64,000 nt of DNA from Patescibacteria group bacterium (lineage in GTDB: Bacteria > Patescibacteriota > Gracilibacteria > UBA1369 > PNNO01), in NCBI GenBank assembly GCA_042568575.1, contig JBHPIO010000006.1, positions 15,032 to 79,031 of the forward strand. Direction: 5' to 3'. The notes under the pieces were generated by a model that had not been told where the DNA came from, did not search any database, and was given only the letters and a program-made list of their open reading frames with translations. Below, one piece after another: positions 31,301-39,220 of this stretch. A program made the position numbers and the translations under genes. Position 1 is the stretch's first letter. Every line of letters starts with the position of its first letter.

Positions 31301-34300
31301 AAGCTGGAGAACCTATACAAGGTCCCGATATCGAGATCCCACCAGACGACGACGATGACGGTTTCCCTGACGATGCGCCTGACGATCTTAAAGACGTGCA
31401 TGACAACCTTACGAAAGAAGATGAAGATGGTGACGGCATTCCAAATAGCTGGGATGAAGTGAGCGGAGCAATCGATGCAGTTAGCGACAAAGTAATTGAT
31501 GTGCTTGGAGAAATGTCATGTGGTGGTGGAAGCGGTGGCCTTCCTATCCCAATAAACTTTGCATTTTTCGCACCTGGACCAATAAACGCAATGGGAATAC
31601 CAGTTGGAACCGATCCTGGACTTCCTGTATTTGGATGGGGGGCGCCTTCAACAATTCCTATATGGCCGCCGACACCGTACCAATCTACAACCGGAGGAAG
31701 ACTTTACATAGTTCCTACATTAACTGGCAAACTTGCGACAGCAGTGTGTCTCGGCCCATACATGGGCGGATCTTGCTGGGCATTTGTAATTCCAGACATC
31801 CCAGGCTTCCCACCTTCATCTGGCGGCGGCGTTGCCGATACAGAAAGCTACTGTGAAGTCATTACAGAGTCCTCTGCGAGCTCAATGATAAAAGCAGCTA
31901 ACTTTGTAAGCTCACCAAGTTCAGGCAGTGTATTGATCAATGGACAAGGTCTTACGTCATCGAACATTCCTCAAGATAGTGATATAGGTCATTCTTTAAG
32001 ACCTGAGAACGGTGGACTCACTGGAAGCTCATCTCTCGGAAGCTACAGCGTGAACATATCAGCGAAAACTAATGTTAAGATACCTGGATTCGTAAATGTA
32101 ATCACAGCATGGTTTGCAAAACAGCAGGAAGAAGTTGTTACAAAGCTTTCAGACCTTCCTGATTTGTATGTTCTATATCCAAATCCAGAGTCTATTGTTA
32201 ATCCTATACCGCCAGAACCAAAATTCAAAAACTTCACCGATGTTCTTACATACGTAAACAAATTACCACTTGTAGATCTTGAATCTCGTTCAGTAGTCAT
32301 TAAAATTCCGGCAATCAGTCAAAGTGAAATTAAAAAGATGCAAAATGAATTAAAGAATTGGGTAGTTGCAGCAAAGGCTGAACTTAAACGCGCTAAAGCA
32401 GTATGGGAATGTGATAAGAAATCAGGACAGAAAACGATCTGCGACAAACTTGTTGTGGATGTTGGCGGACTAATTCAAAAAGTTGAGAAAAATATCAAAA
32501 GACTTGAAGAATACAAAAAACTCCCACGAAAGATTCTTGAATGGAGGAATGTACACATGAAGTACATTTACCAAGTAATCTGTTATCTTGATACGATAAT
32601 TCAATACATGGGTGGATACATCAAGAAGCAGGAAGTTCGAATAAAAGAATGGATTGATCTGGTTAAGCAAATTAGGGAGACGCTTAAGTCGTGGAGTATG
32701 GCCGCCAATCTTATGGTCGACTACATGAAGTGTGATTCGTGTAAGACGGAAAGAAACTCACTCATATCGCTTCTAATGAACTTTATGGTGGTTATTCCAG
32801 AGCTGCCTGTCATACCGATGCCAAAATGGCCTGACTTCTATTTTGACTTCTCACAGATTAAGCTCGGGTTAAAAATCATTTGGCCAGATGTGAAGTTTAA
32901 AGCAGAGCAAGTAATCTTTCCAAGCATTCCAACGCTTACAATTCCGGATGTGCCAACTTTAACGGTTAAGTTAGATCTAGAAATACCAGAATTACCAGCA
33001 CTTCCTCAATTGCCAGAACTGCCGGATTTACCTCCGTTACCTCTGCCAACATTACCGGATATACCAAAACCACCAAAGATTCCAAATATCCTTTCACCGC
33101 TCAAAATAACACTTGGCGCGATGTCAAAGATTGTTAAAATACTTTGTTTACTTAAAAAAGGACTAATCCCTGTGAATGAGTCATATCTAAAAACTCATAT
33201 TGAATCGTTAACTGCACGTCCTCTTAAAGCGACTTTGCCTTTGGACTTCATATTCAAGTTCCAAACACCAAACATAAGTATACCGTTTGTTGAAAAGATT
33301 AAAGTAACTACAAAAGTTGACTTCAGCCTCGAGACTGAACAAATCTACAATGCTGCAAATGATGTAGCGAAGGTATGGAACAGTTTAGCCACAGATCTTG
33401 TTGAGGCAACAAATAAAGGAATAGACATTGTTGAGGATGCAGCTGGTTCGCTAGCAAATCCAGAGATACCGCAAGGAAGCATCAACTTAGACTTATCAAC
33501 ATATCTTCAAGAAGAGGTCGACAGTACGTACGCTCTTCTTATTGAACAATCCGAGAAACAGCAAGAGTATATTGATTCACTTCCTGATTCATATCATCTA
33601 GTCGCAGAGCAAACTTATGTAAGCCCAGATCATTCGAGTCTTCATCAAGACATCGATGAAATCAAAGCGCGTATTGCAAGCGAGGACTTACCAGAGTCAG
33701 TTCAACAAAATAATTTAACAGCACTTCGAAATGCAATGGTTGCATTTGTTGACGATGAAAACAGCAAAGCAAGCATTGTTGAACAAAGCGAAAGCTACGA
33801 TAACATTGTCTACTTAGCAAACAATTATCCTTCTCTAAGTGACTACGTTAACAAGGACGTTCTTGTAGCAAGCACAGATCCAACTCCTCTTCCTTCTGTT
33901 GAAAGCGAAGAAGTACAAGGATTTAGTGAAGTAGAAGAAATGGCGAGACTAATTGCAATCAATACTGATGCCGTATCATCTAATCTTGTTGATCCTGATG
34001 AAGCAATGAATCCATCTATTGGACAATTTGTGGAGGGGCTATTTGTCTACAATGCAGACACTTCAATAAACGAAAAAATACTAATGTACAAAGGCGAGCA
34101 AGATCTTGAGCACAATGGAGCATTTATGGACATAGACGAAGACAACGACGAAGACATCATTTACTCGTATGGTGGCAATGTCTATCTAAAAGAAAACTAC
34201 ACAAACCCGAAATCGAGTAAATACTCAAAATACAGCGCCAAGAGTCCTGACGTTTATAACTTATCAGAATTTGCACCATTCAGTCCGTCTGTTAACGGAT

Positions 34301-37300
34301 ATGAAACTAATTATGAATCTGGCACAGAAACAGACTTTGACTGGACAGCAGACTACTCGTCTCAAACTGCCGGCTACGAAATTGTCTACAAAGATAGCTT
34401 ACAAGATTTTGATAAGCCATATGCAACACCATCGCATAAAATTAATATCTTCGAGAAACCTGAAACATTCACAACAATCGGACGAGTACGCGAAGACATT
34501 GAAATAACAGTAATCGAAGGAACATTTACAGTAAACGACGAAACTACTTCGTTATACACATTTGGCGACACAATAGAAACCGGCGGCGAATCAAATACTC
34601 AAGTTATTATTACATTCTCTGATAGTAGTCAGATAGTTCTTGGAGCCAACACTTCAATAACTTTGCCGGAATATGTTCCTGGCAACTTAACAGTAACAGT
34701 TCACAAAGGAAACCCTGTATTCAGAAGTAACTTCTTCACAAACCTATTCCTGCAAGAAGGATCTGGCGTTGTAACAGAAGATGGAGAGGCTACTCTTGAA
34801 TATAAAAATGGCGACAAAGTGACAGTACAACCAGACACCGTATTCTTCGGTTCATTCACCGAAGAAGGATACGCATACATTGAACAAGCAGATGGAGATG
34901 CAGTAATCACAGCAATCCCAAGAACAATTGTCGACCAATTCTCATCAACACAGATTGTCCAGACAGGACAAGTTATTCACACAATGGAAGATTCAACTCT
35001 TGTCATCAGACCTGAAGAAGAAAGCAGGCAAATCCTTGAGTTAAGTGCAAACACAATACTGCCAATTCCTCAAAGTTATGCATCAAGTCTTGAACTAAAT
35101 GTCATGACAGGAAAGGTAGAAATAATGACACCAAACACTGACCGTATCGAGAATATTCCACTTGAGAAAGGCATGTTCGTACAATTCGAAGACAAAATCT
35201 CAGTATCTAGCGGACAGGTTATTGTTAAATATTCGTTCGGTCCTCAGACATATTTAAATACAGGAGACACATTAACTCTTAAAGAATTAATAGATCCAGA
35301 CAATCCGTTCTTCACATTAGACACTGGTGTCGAGAACTATTACTCACAAACATATACATTCAATAATAGTGGATACAGAAGCAACCCTTCCGAAGTTGAA
35401 TTATTCGCTCCACAACTTTGCTCAGACAAAGATGTGCCATTCGCAGAAGCAGGTCCATCATCAAAGCAGGTAATTATATTCCAGGAACTTGAAATAGATG
35501 CTTCAAAATCGTTCGATACATCAGGCGAAATAGTCGGATACTATCTGGATACAGATCCTTCCGAAGATTCGGATGGTGATGATGATCCTGAAAATGATGT
35601 TGATATAGCAAACCAGGATCCTCTTGATCCAGTGTTTAAACTTGGACCTTTTGAAGAAACAGGAACTAAGCAGGTTGTGCTAAATGTTGTTGATGAATCA
35701 GAAAACATTGGTAAGCAAATCATAGACATTGAAATTATTGTTCCTCAAATTACATTAAACAAATCATCTGATCATGAAGAAGAAGTCACTGGATACATTG
35801 ATCCTGCGGCAGAAGGCATCCCAATTCACCTTGTAAGAAACAGGGATGGAGTAATCAAACAAATTATATCTGAATCCGCGGATGAGTTCGGACAATACTT
35901 CACTGATGAAAATGGAGAGTTTATAATTGCAGATCTTGAATATGAAGACACAATCCTATTACGAAACTCAGATGGCAACATAATTGCAGAAATTGACGAC
36001 ACAACTGGACGCATCGTAATTGTCGACAACAGGTACTATGTAGACGTCCTCGAGGCAACACCACCAAACCTACCGACACGAGTAGTAGTCAAAGAAAAAG
36101 CAACAGACATCATAATGTTGACACTCCTAATGATCCCCGATTTAAACACAGATGTAAGCATTGACCAGACAGACACTGTCTACACAACTGAGACAATCAC
36201 AGACTACGAAGGTGTCCATCTAAAAGATACAAACAATATCGACACTTTTGAAATCACGCCTCTACCTGCATCCGATCCAAACTTCACAGGTGCAGCAGAA
36301 ATCCGTGAGACAACAACTGACTCAAGAATCTCAATTGTCGACTCAGGTGGAAATATCTACTTTTTTAACGAACATCTTGACTTAAGACTTAAACAAGCAG
36401 CAACTCCTGACGAGCCAATCCTAATAGAAATGCTCTACGACACTAATGTTATTTCGGAAATTTATATAGCCGTTAATAACGGTCGACTTGCGGAAATCAC
36501 AAACAGAAAAGCACTAAACATGCCTCCAGAAAGCGACATTGTTTCTGACCAGGATAAAGATGGTATGCCTGACTGGTTCGAATTCAAATATGGATTTGAT
36601 GCACAAAACCCTGGAGATGCCTCTGGAGATGCAGATGGAGATGGACTATCTAACCTTGAAGAATCGAGGCTTGGAACTAATCCACTTGATCCAGACAGTG
36701 ACGGCGACGGCTTTACCGATAGCGAAGAAGTCGCTTACGGCAAAGATCCAACAGAAAAAGCTTCATCACCGTTTGTTGATGTATCTGCGGAGCATCCATA
36801 TTACGACAGCATAGTGAACCTATCGCAAAGAAATATCCTAAGAGGAACATTGCAAGACGGAGACCTGTACTTCAACCCGGATTCATTTATTGCAAGGCAA
36901 GACTTTACAGATATCATCCTAAAAATGCTTTGTATTGTTCCAAGATCAGAAAGCTACAAAGAGCCTCCCTTATTCTCGGATATGCCATTCACGCAGGCAA
37001 CAGAGCTCGGCCAAGACTACTACTACCCAGTAGTAAAAGAAGCAGTCCTCCAAGGCTTCATCACAGGTTACATCGGCGAAGTAGACGAAGAACTTGGCCT
37101 CGCTCCATTCAAACCACTAAACACAATCTCACGTGCAGAAGCCGCAAAGATCGTGCTAGAAGCACTTGAACACCAAAAAATCATAACTCTTAGAGACGTA
37201 CAACAGGCAGAAGACGAAGCGTGGTACGAACCTTACATGAGGCTCGCTACAGACATAACACCAACACTACTTGAAGAAAGCGCAGTGAAACAAACATATA

Positions 37301-37989
37301 TCCTAACACCAGAAGAAGCTGCAGATCCGAACGCATCAATAACTCGTGCGGAATTCGTTGCCCTTGCAGATCGCGTGCTTCAAGCATTCGACTGTTATGA
37401 AATAGACGACGACAAAGACGGAATGCCAAGCGTATGGGAACTTCAGTACGGCCTTGATCCGTTTGATCCTTCAGACGCAAATGAAGATCCAGACAAAGAA
37501 GGTCTCATCAACCTGGACGAATATAGATTTGGCACAAATCCATTTAATCCTGATACAGATGCAGGTGGAACAAACGATAAAGACGAAGTAGACCATGGAA
37601 CAAACCCTGTAAACTTCCCTGCCGACGATCCTTTTGATGACGATAATGACGGACTAACAACTCGAGATGAAATAAACATATACGGAACAGACCCATATAA
37701 CCCAGATACAGACGGCGGAAGCGTTATGGACGGACTCGAAGTTTCTCGTGGAACAGATCCACTGGATCCTTCTGATGACCTACTCTCAATCGCAAGAGAT
37801 CCTAGAAGTGGACTTGAAGAAGGCATCTACATCGTTGAAGAAGCATGTAATTCATGTCCATGTGTATCCGCAATTGATCACAAAGCGGACCTAATACCAG
37901 GCGACCTCTTCTTCTCAATCATTAGTACAACCGACCTTTCTACTATATTCGCCAAGAGCAATCAGCTCATATTTAAAGGACTAAATTAA
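22399..37989 (+). CDS. Giant (5196 aa) secreted modular surface protein
   Basis: Signal peptide (..PIASA|Q), C25-like N-terminal subdomain, many DxDxDG Ca-binding repeats, Ig/Big-like domains, two SLH-like triplets, FG-GAP/VCBS repeats (GDFNNDGYDDIVV), DUF11-like, FecR-like and PKD-like (AEAG..IDASKSFD) segments. The ORF is uninterrupted. Confidence 0.9.
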   Translation: MAKKYKNKISKLIAGLLIPVILGVQLLNVPIASAQFGNNQPSEPTEVTSLIAVLVQDSLLEDNQQYPGLTSDYAGYLDELTLRDRIYRYARDAQLSQPFTRSVILRVSENQSPVEISQALETLYFKGDGKDELPSQLDGVIVVGDVPLPVVNKNGYRFVSLFPYTDFEEKAYIYNARSNEFERNEDILFPRVESWHGVINPPELEVDTASALAGYFDKNHLFHIGHEDFINDDAPDLLQCPTAGLDCYKYNRKLLFADIYWEQELIDKDSLPRYENYTKYLEDISYMRFTKTFLRELAGVGGEGEGDGLDDDLDGFIDEDLENGIDDDGDGLIDEDAGTNPENLDEETAALFDTLPDVLSRNIILSYAMKYPELLRNYIQTSNDLVEGISRYNEYDSPVALIAIKDLHAQEYLRKVNDALEKRVDEIVDELQDPIPIIEEAEITGEITFENNNTASLSTYNFTNYSKKLYNDPDLGVRDVVYFNGKSALELETAQECTLFRGSNATDDLVGQVIEANRVYHRETADSSVDNTGYSTCFGENTDTPERCFPEKAEKDLFDLMGTHIREDVPDSALTYAGCYDFREEARFNQYMLEVNGYLLALATALTEEEKDLIALPGDKHLPAEDIVLYTNPNITLKDLLDLYGGYDVKDNDGDGEIDEADEYSLSYRIDDDDWYSIGRDILGNRKTHFIIDDPPFLGIKQIDITINQIKGVELKPADATHAFPYIGVSEVPSITYHKEPTLETIQQQLEAGFIDALPADNPRYVAFQDQDGKLQKIIYPNTFKSTSGEDFVQSLVDLEEYLVNLPGADPTDIEGKLAEVIEEEENLYEDIEENVLLYTSQGMVTEAVDWINLSIDKKHAYAISAYMDRDTDAFIGDEDVDYEYLYFVSDGKADEIEFAVNKDAQVVDRDSEWLDPEAQLDPEAAEEEEESGGGEAINFLVWLPYLVEYLDELASLTSASGFTASCGEFGGGSNLGDFLLGLDSDGDGILDSEDANPNSIDADGDGVPDGAEATSVIQLTFQDGASTVPFDSTDSYTVTATALDAFGDRVLTDSFTQVAFDIVQPEIGQRAELAGADTLNLVAGQAVFSIRPTGTPGDFSLIGHTTNRPTTIVSNTLVITSDEKSVRILTYKMEVVEPPTYTQEVLQNYIVKDENGNDIAEIDSDTGKIMIKDSAYETEVFESLPSRPMRIGIIEIQSGNIIASVVIISNEIATPEIHESSYSFEDNALQLEGLHVKDVSNSPYIQAYAQESTGDSPAPVYILENSGIFSKRIAKLTPEGKVFVADEYFIQIKNGNDTKAPYIFEIVDSNGAKLIEFYIGYGQGSLEILEETDQLEEFNLISSAIKYLFPKAFAQSSLTDDTDNDGLTDIEELFIGTDRIISDSDADGFDDGEEIQAGYDPIRKDAELFTDLPKDHPAHDAFMQLLLRGTISRTDDGKIRPDDLITREEYVQMVLGITCVNCWSFSDQTKQNVQNTYNSSPFPDTDISETYLYCVEESKNQGIVSGYAEGADAGYFKPTYEISRAEAIKVILEAAELDSSTYYDASKPWYYHYALKAQEENIFPEQTSEQLLAVTYASTDDFKVWVDNQLLTTNNFFEQWMMASVTRSEFALMVRNVVETFDCYNEDKDGDGLPDNLELYQYNTAADNPDTDGGGLDDLSEVLEGKDPFNPDDDLIYDSDKDGMTDEWEETYELDPFDPADAYFDDDLDGLINLHEYERDTNPLDPDTDDGGISDGDEVWLQSTDPLDGSDDIGDFLLEAGVYAVGANIERDVVFETIVAGEEEEVPVYIDNMPADGESTLFLTAEIVDGNGDIITSDNSSVVEFIIRSTSTTNSEIEQTKVRVNEGVAITQVTSNIKAGLVDIDARILNNEHPVEIHNVYIEPLEPVEMEVVAASPVIKTGGLSKTPLAISLYDEHGNITNNDFFEVTVKTEGPGELDKSVDTNPDQEGIQLQSYEGVFNVDLYSTDVEGEVDVTASLAKDVENYETEEITVTSLSLTANATVSTREDIAIVFEADKDFVVANGEDIITLRAQAVDSSGDPIEGFNQQIVFKTSNDSAGGFIDETVQNLIDGDSQIRFMSSTKVGPLEISATASGVDPGSAVIPMLAGDAYEVRLIPDEATFDASPLNNVRVEASVYDKYGNFVDYEDTIQISFRVTQATEKYAEVVSDEIVVTDNGTAEVFLSGKKISGPVNLVASADGLISGTLKLETVSKVTGEDLVGDYPEVLYATMLGGPFGDTQNKNHIGGELLFAGKTQAVTSTTTHPKPPKPLIHVQTSGGIDILDEAQVSTEFIAANGNFTPNRVLIQDPDFQENLAEVYFVYPSDMSMVHQKNSYNEILQEGIFVKQITDSEEYDVALKLDSISITHNGIEAVTINNTGNLQLHDNLIDISINDADSPFLALSIKRGDETIADVVFAQNLNADVQIVDADFEFQVGYPYQPGIYIKPLTRLPQYEVEPAYSGYSTHLPKGAQIVNTDLEIPQEQAPGFSYSSFAKALDEQGVGFDGDNKHGLFFAGGNNVGVSNEPYSSEIGINLGDPTVRIQNEDLAGVSGYTKDIGQPLFYGDEPVQEIMLADYNNDTLEDILLAYESGEIRLLQNQLSADQFNNKGLLLNIANGIYSAGSGDFNNDGYDDIVVATKESCVGKEVCIDLYVNNGGQFDRINLDLDLEDKISDLEVGDMNNDDFADIVIADFSGNIKVYYNNFGEIDPEGQILDNLGISVDKNADLKHEVLIRYFGMIQEDPDSYEDDFNYKALELRTGAPEANPHISASDQAALEELGANEEDFATAETLMFIYMDSDPVFGTADSSKKAVDVNGSTLTMEDKVVYTITLSNTTAADIEDVMINDIMPDMFDFDPESISCLNCGDDEIEVIESGLSLRPFVVSGINIPAGESRIITYEIETISVPNVSIELNKNYDQPFIQDSYFDISANPEGNNSGKLVFFYSVSQDTETGRMSYATHVAEAEAGEPIQGPDIEIPPDDDDDGFPDDAPDDLKDVHDNLTKEDEDGDGIPNSWDEVSGAIDAVSDKVIDVLGEMSCGGGSGGLPIPINFAFFAPGPINAMGIPVGTDPGLPVFGWGAPSTIPIWPPTPYQSTTGGRLYIVPTLTGKLATAVCLGPYMGGSCWAFVIPDIPGFPPSSGGGVADTESYCEVITESSASSMIKAANFVSSPSSGSVLINGQGLTSSNIPQDSDIGHSLRPENGGLTGSSSLGSYSVNISAKTNVKIPGFVNVITAWFAKQQEEVVTKLSDLPDLYVLYPNPESIVNPIPPEPKFKNFTDVLTYVNKLPLVDLESRSVVIKIPAISQSEIKKMQNELKNWVVAAKAELKRAKAVWECDKKSGQKTICDKLVVDVGGLIQKVEKNIKRLEEYKKLPRKILEWRNVHMKYIYQVICYLDTIIQYMGGYIKKQEVRIKEWIDLVKQIRETLKSWSMAANLMVDYMKCDSCKTERNSLISLLMNFMVVIPELPVIPMPKWPDFYFDFSQIKLGLKIIWPDVKFKAEQVIFPSIPTLTIPDVPTLTVKLDLEIPELPALPQLPELPDLPPLPLPTLPDIPKPPKIPNILSPLKITLGAMSKIVKILCLLKKGLIPVNESYLKTHIESLTARPLKATLPLDFIFKFQTPNISIPFVEKIKVTTKVDFSLETEQIYNAANDVAKVWNSLATDLVEATNKGIDIVEDAAGSLANPEIPQGSINLDLSTYLQEEVDSTYALLIEQSEKQQEYIDSLPDSYHLVAEQTYVSPDHSSLHQDIDEIKARIASEDLPESVQQNNLTALRNAMVAFVDDENSKASIVEQSESYDNIVYLANNYPSLSDYVNKDVLVASTDPTPLPSVESEEVQGFSEVEEMARLIAINTDAVSSNLVDPDEAMNPSIGQFVEGLFVYNADTSINEKILMYKGEQDLEHNGAFMDIDEDNDEDIIYSYGGNVYLKENYTNPKSSKYSKYSAKSPDVYNLSEFAPFSPSVNGYETNYESGTETDFDWTADYSSQTAGYEIVYKDSLQDFDKPYATPSHKINIFEKPETFTTIGRVREDIEITVIEGTFTVNDETTSLYTFGDTIETGGESNTQVIITFSDSSQIVLGANTSITLPEYVPGNLTVTVHKGNPVFRSNFFTNLFLQEGSGVVTEDGEATLEYKNGDKVTVQPDTVFFGSFTEEGYAYIEQADGDAVITAIPRTIVDQFSSTQIVQTGQVIHTMEDSTLVIRPEEESRQILELSANTILPIPQSYASSLELNVMTGKVEIMTPNTDRIENIPLEKGMFVQFEDKISVSSGQVIVKYSFGPQTYLNTGDTLTLKELIDPDNPFFTLDTGVENYYSQTYTFNNSGYRSNPSEVELFAPQLCSDKDVPFAEAGPSSKQVIIFQELEIDASKSFDTSGEIVGYYLDTDPSEDSDGDDDPENDVDIANQDPLDPVFKLGPFEETGTKQVVLNVVDESENIGKQIIDIEIIVPQITLNKSSDHEEEVTGYIDPAAEGIPIHLVRNRDGVIKQIISESADEFGQYFTDENGEFIIADLEYEDTILLRNSDGNIIAEIDDTTGRIVIVDNRYYVDVLEATPPNLPTRVVVKEKATDIIMLTLLMIPDLNTDVSIDQTDTVYTTETITDYEGVHLKDTNNIDTFEITPLPASDPNFTGAAEIRETTTDSRISIVDSGGNIYFFNEHLDLRLKQAATPDEPILIEMLYDTNVISEIYIAVNNGRLAEITNRKALNMPPESDIVSDQDKDGMPDWFEFKYGFDAQNPGDASGDADGDGLSNLEESRLGTNPLDPDSDGDGFTDSEEVAYGKDPTEKASSPFVDVSAEHPYYDSIVNLSQRNILRGTLQDGDLYFNPDSFIARQDFTDIILKMLCIVPRSESYKEPPLFSDMPFTQATELGQDYYYPVVKEAVLQGFITGYIGEVDEELGLAPFKPLNTISRAEAAKIVLEALEHQKIITLRDVQQAEDEAWYEPYMRLATDITPTLLEESAVKQTYILTPEEAADPNASITRAEFVALADRVLQAFDCYEIDDDKDGMPSVWELQYGLDPFDPSDANEDPDKEGLINLDEYRFGTNPFNPDTDAGGTNDKDEVDHGTNPVNFPADDPFDDDNDGLTTRDEINIYGTDPYNPDTDGGSVMDGLEVSRGTDPLDPSDDLLSIARDPRSGLEEGIYIVEEACNSCPCVSAIDHKADLIPGDLFFSIISTTDLSTIFAKSNQLIFKGLN

Positions 37990-37995
37990 TAAACC

Positions 37996-38577
37996 ATGAA
38001 TATACTCACACACAAAAAATCGATAATGAAACTCGGAATAGGTGCAGTCCTAATAGCATCTATTATGGCTTCGTGGCTTGTATTCGCGACGTCACTGCAT
38101 GCAGCGGATCCAGAGCCAAACGAAAAGGATGTTAAGTGTACTCTCGAAATGAAACCTTTCATCAAAACTGAAGGTGATAAATTTAGAACATACTTACAGG
38201 CACACTTTAAGAACAAGAGTAAGAACTCAAGCCTTCTTGATCTAGCTTTAAAGCGTTTTGAGATCTACAAACAGACACTTTGGAACAAGGCTCAAAATTA
38301 CTATCCACAATCAGGACTTCCGGTTCTTTCCGAATCCACAGATGCACTCCAGTGCATAAAACTGGTAAAAAATGACATCAACATATCAGAAGAGCTACTC
38401 AAACAATATTTCTTAGAAACATCTGATATCAAAACAACATCGATACTTATGACAAAACTCGAAAAGATAAACAAAAAATTGGATGGTCTTAACAGACAAG
38501 TAATACAAATGCTCGGCAAGTGGGAAACACTTAAAGACCGCATACCATGTTTCACTGGTAAATGTATCTCAGGTTAA
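37996..38577 (+). CDS. Secreted helical hypothetical protein
   Basis: Signal peptide (..SLHA|A), amphipathic helices and four Cys including the C-terminal CFTGKC. Confidence 0.75.
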   Translation: MNILTHKKSIMKLGIGAVLIASIMASWLVFATSLHAADPEPNEKDVKCTLEMKPFIKTEGDKFRTYLQAHFKNKSKNSSLLDLALKRFEIYKQTLWNKAQNYYPQSGLPVLSESTDALQCIKLVKNDINISEELLKQYFLETSDIKTTSILMTKLEKINKKLDGLNRQVIQMLGKWETLKDRIPCFTGKCISG

Positions 38578-38586
38578 CAACTTCTT

Positions 38587-39219
38587 ATGATATATGTAAA
38601 AAAATCGAAAATCTGGCTGGCTCTTACTATCGTCTTCTTTATCGTCTTTAACACGATATCTATAGAAAGCCTCTATGCGGAAGCGACAAGTAACCCATAC
38701 AACAACAATAAATTGACGTTCTACGAACTTCAAAAGCTATATCATACTCGGATAAATGATTTATTTAATGCGAAGACAAAGTTACTTGAGAAGGGTGAGA
38801 AAGGGCCTGGAACAGGTGTAATCCCGCAAGGTGACGAATGTGAAGAGAAAAACTACAGCACTTTCTGTTTAGCGACTACTGCAGCGAAAGAATACCAAAA
38901 TTACGAGATTGCACTTGAAAGCCGCAAAAGCAAAATAGAATTCACGGGTGAAAACATTTCAGTAACGCTCGAAAAAGCGACTACAACAGCAATAAGTCAG
39001 GCAGCCGAAATCAATAACGAGCTTGTGGCAGCGAAAAGAGCGCTCGACACATCTGTCAAAACATACAACGAGCTAAGTGTTGCATACACCATGCACTTAC
39101 AATACGAAGAAGTAATCAAAAGCTTAACCAAATATAAAAACAAACTTTCCGAATACTACGAACAAGTTGGAACTTATCCAAACAAGTTTGTCGATGCAAC
39201 TTCACTCTCATGCTTATAA
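38587..39219 (+). CDS. Secreted helical hypothetical protein
   Basis: Signal peptide (..SLYA|E), coiled-coil-like, a Cys pair and a C-terminal SCL. Confidence 0.75.
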   Translation: MIYVKKSKIWLALTIVFFIVFNTISIESLYAEATSNPYNNNKLTFYELQKLYHTRINDLFNAKTKLLEKGEKGPGTGVIPQGDECEEKNYSTFCLATTAAKEYQNYEIALESRKSKIEFTGENISVTLEKATTTAISQAAEINNELVAAKRALDTSVKTYNELSVAYTMHLQYEEVIKSLTKYKNKLSEYYEQVGTYPNKFVDATSLSCL

Positions 39220-39220
39220 T

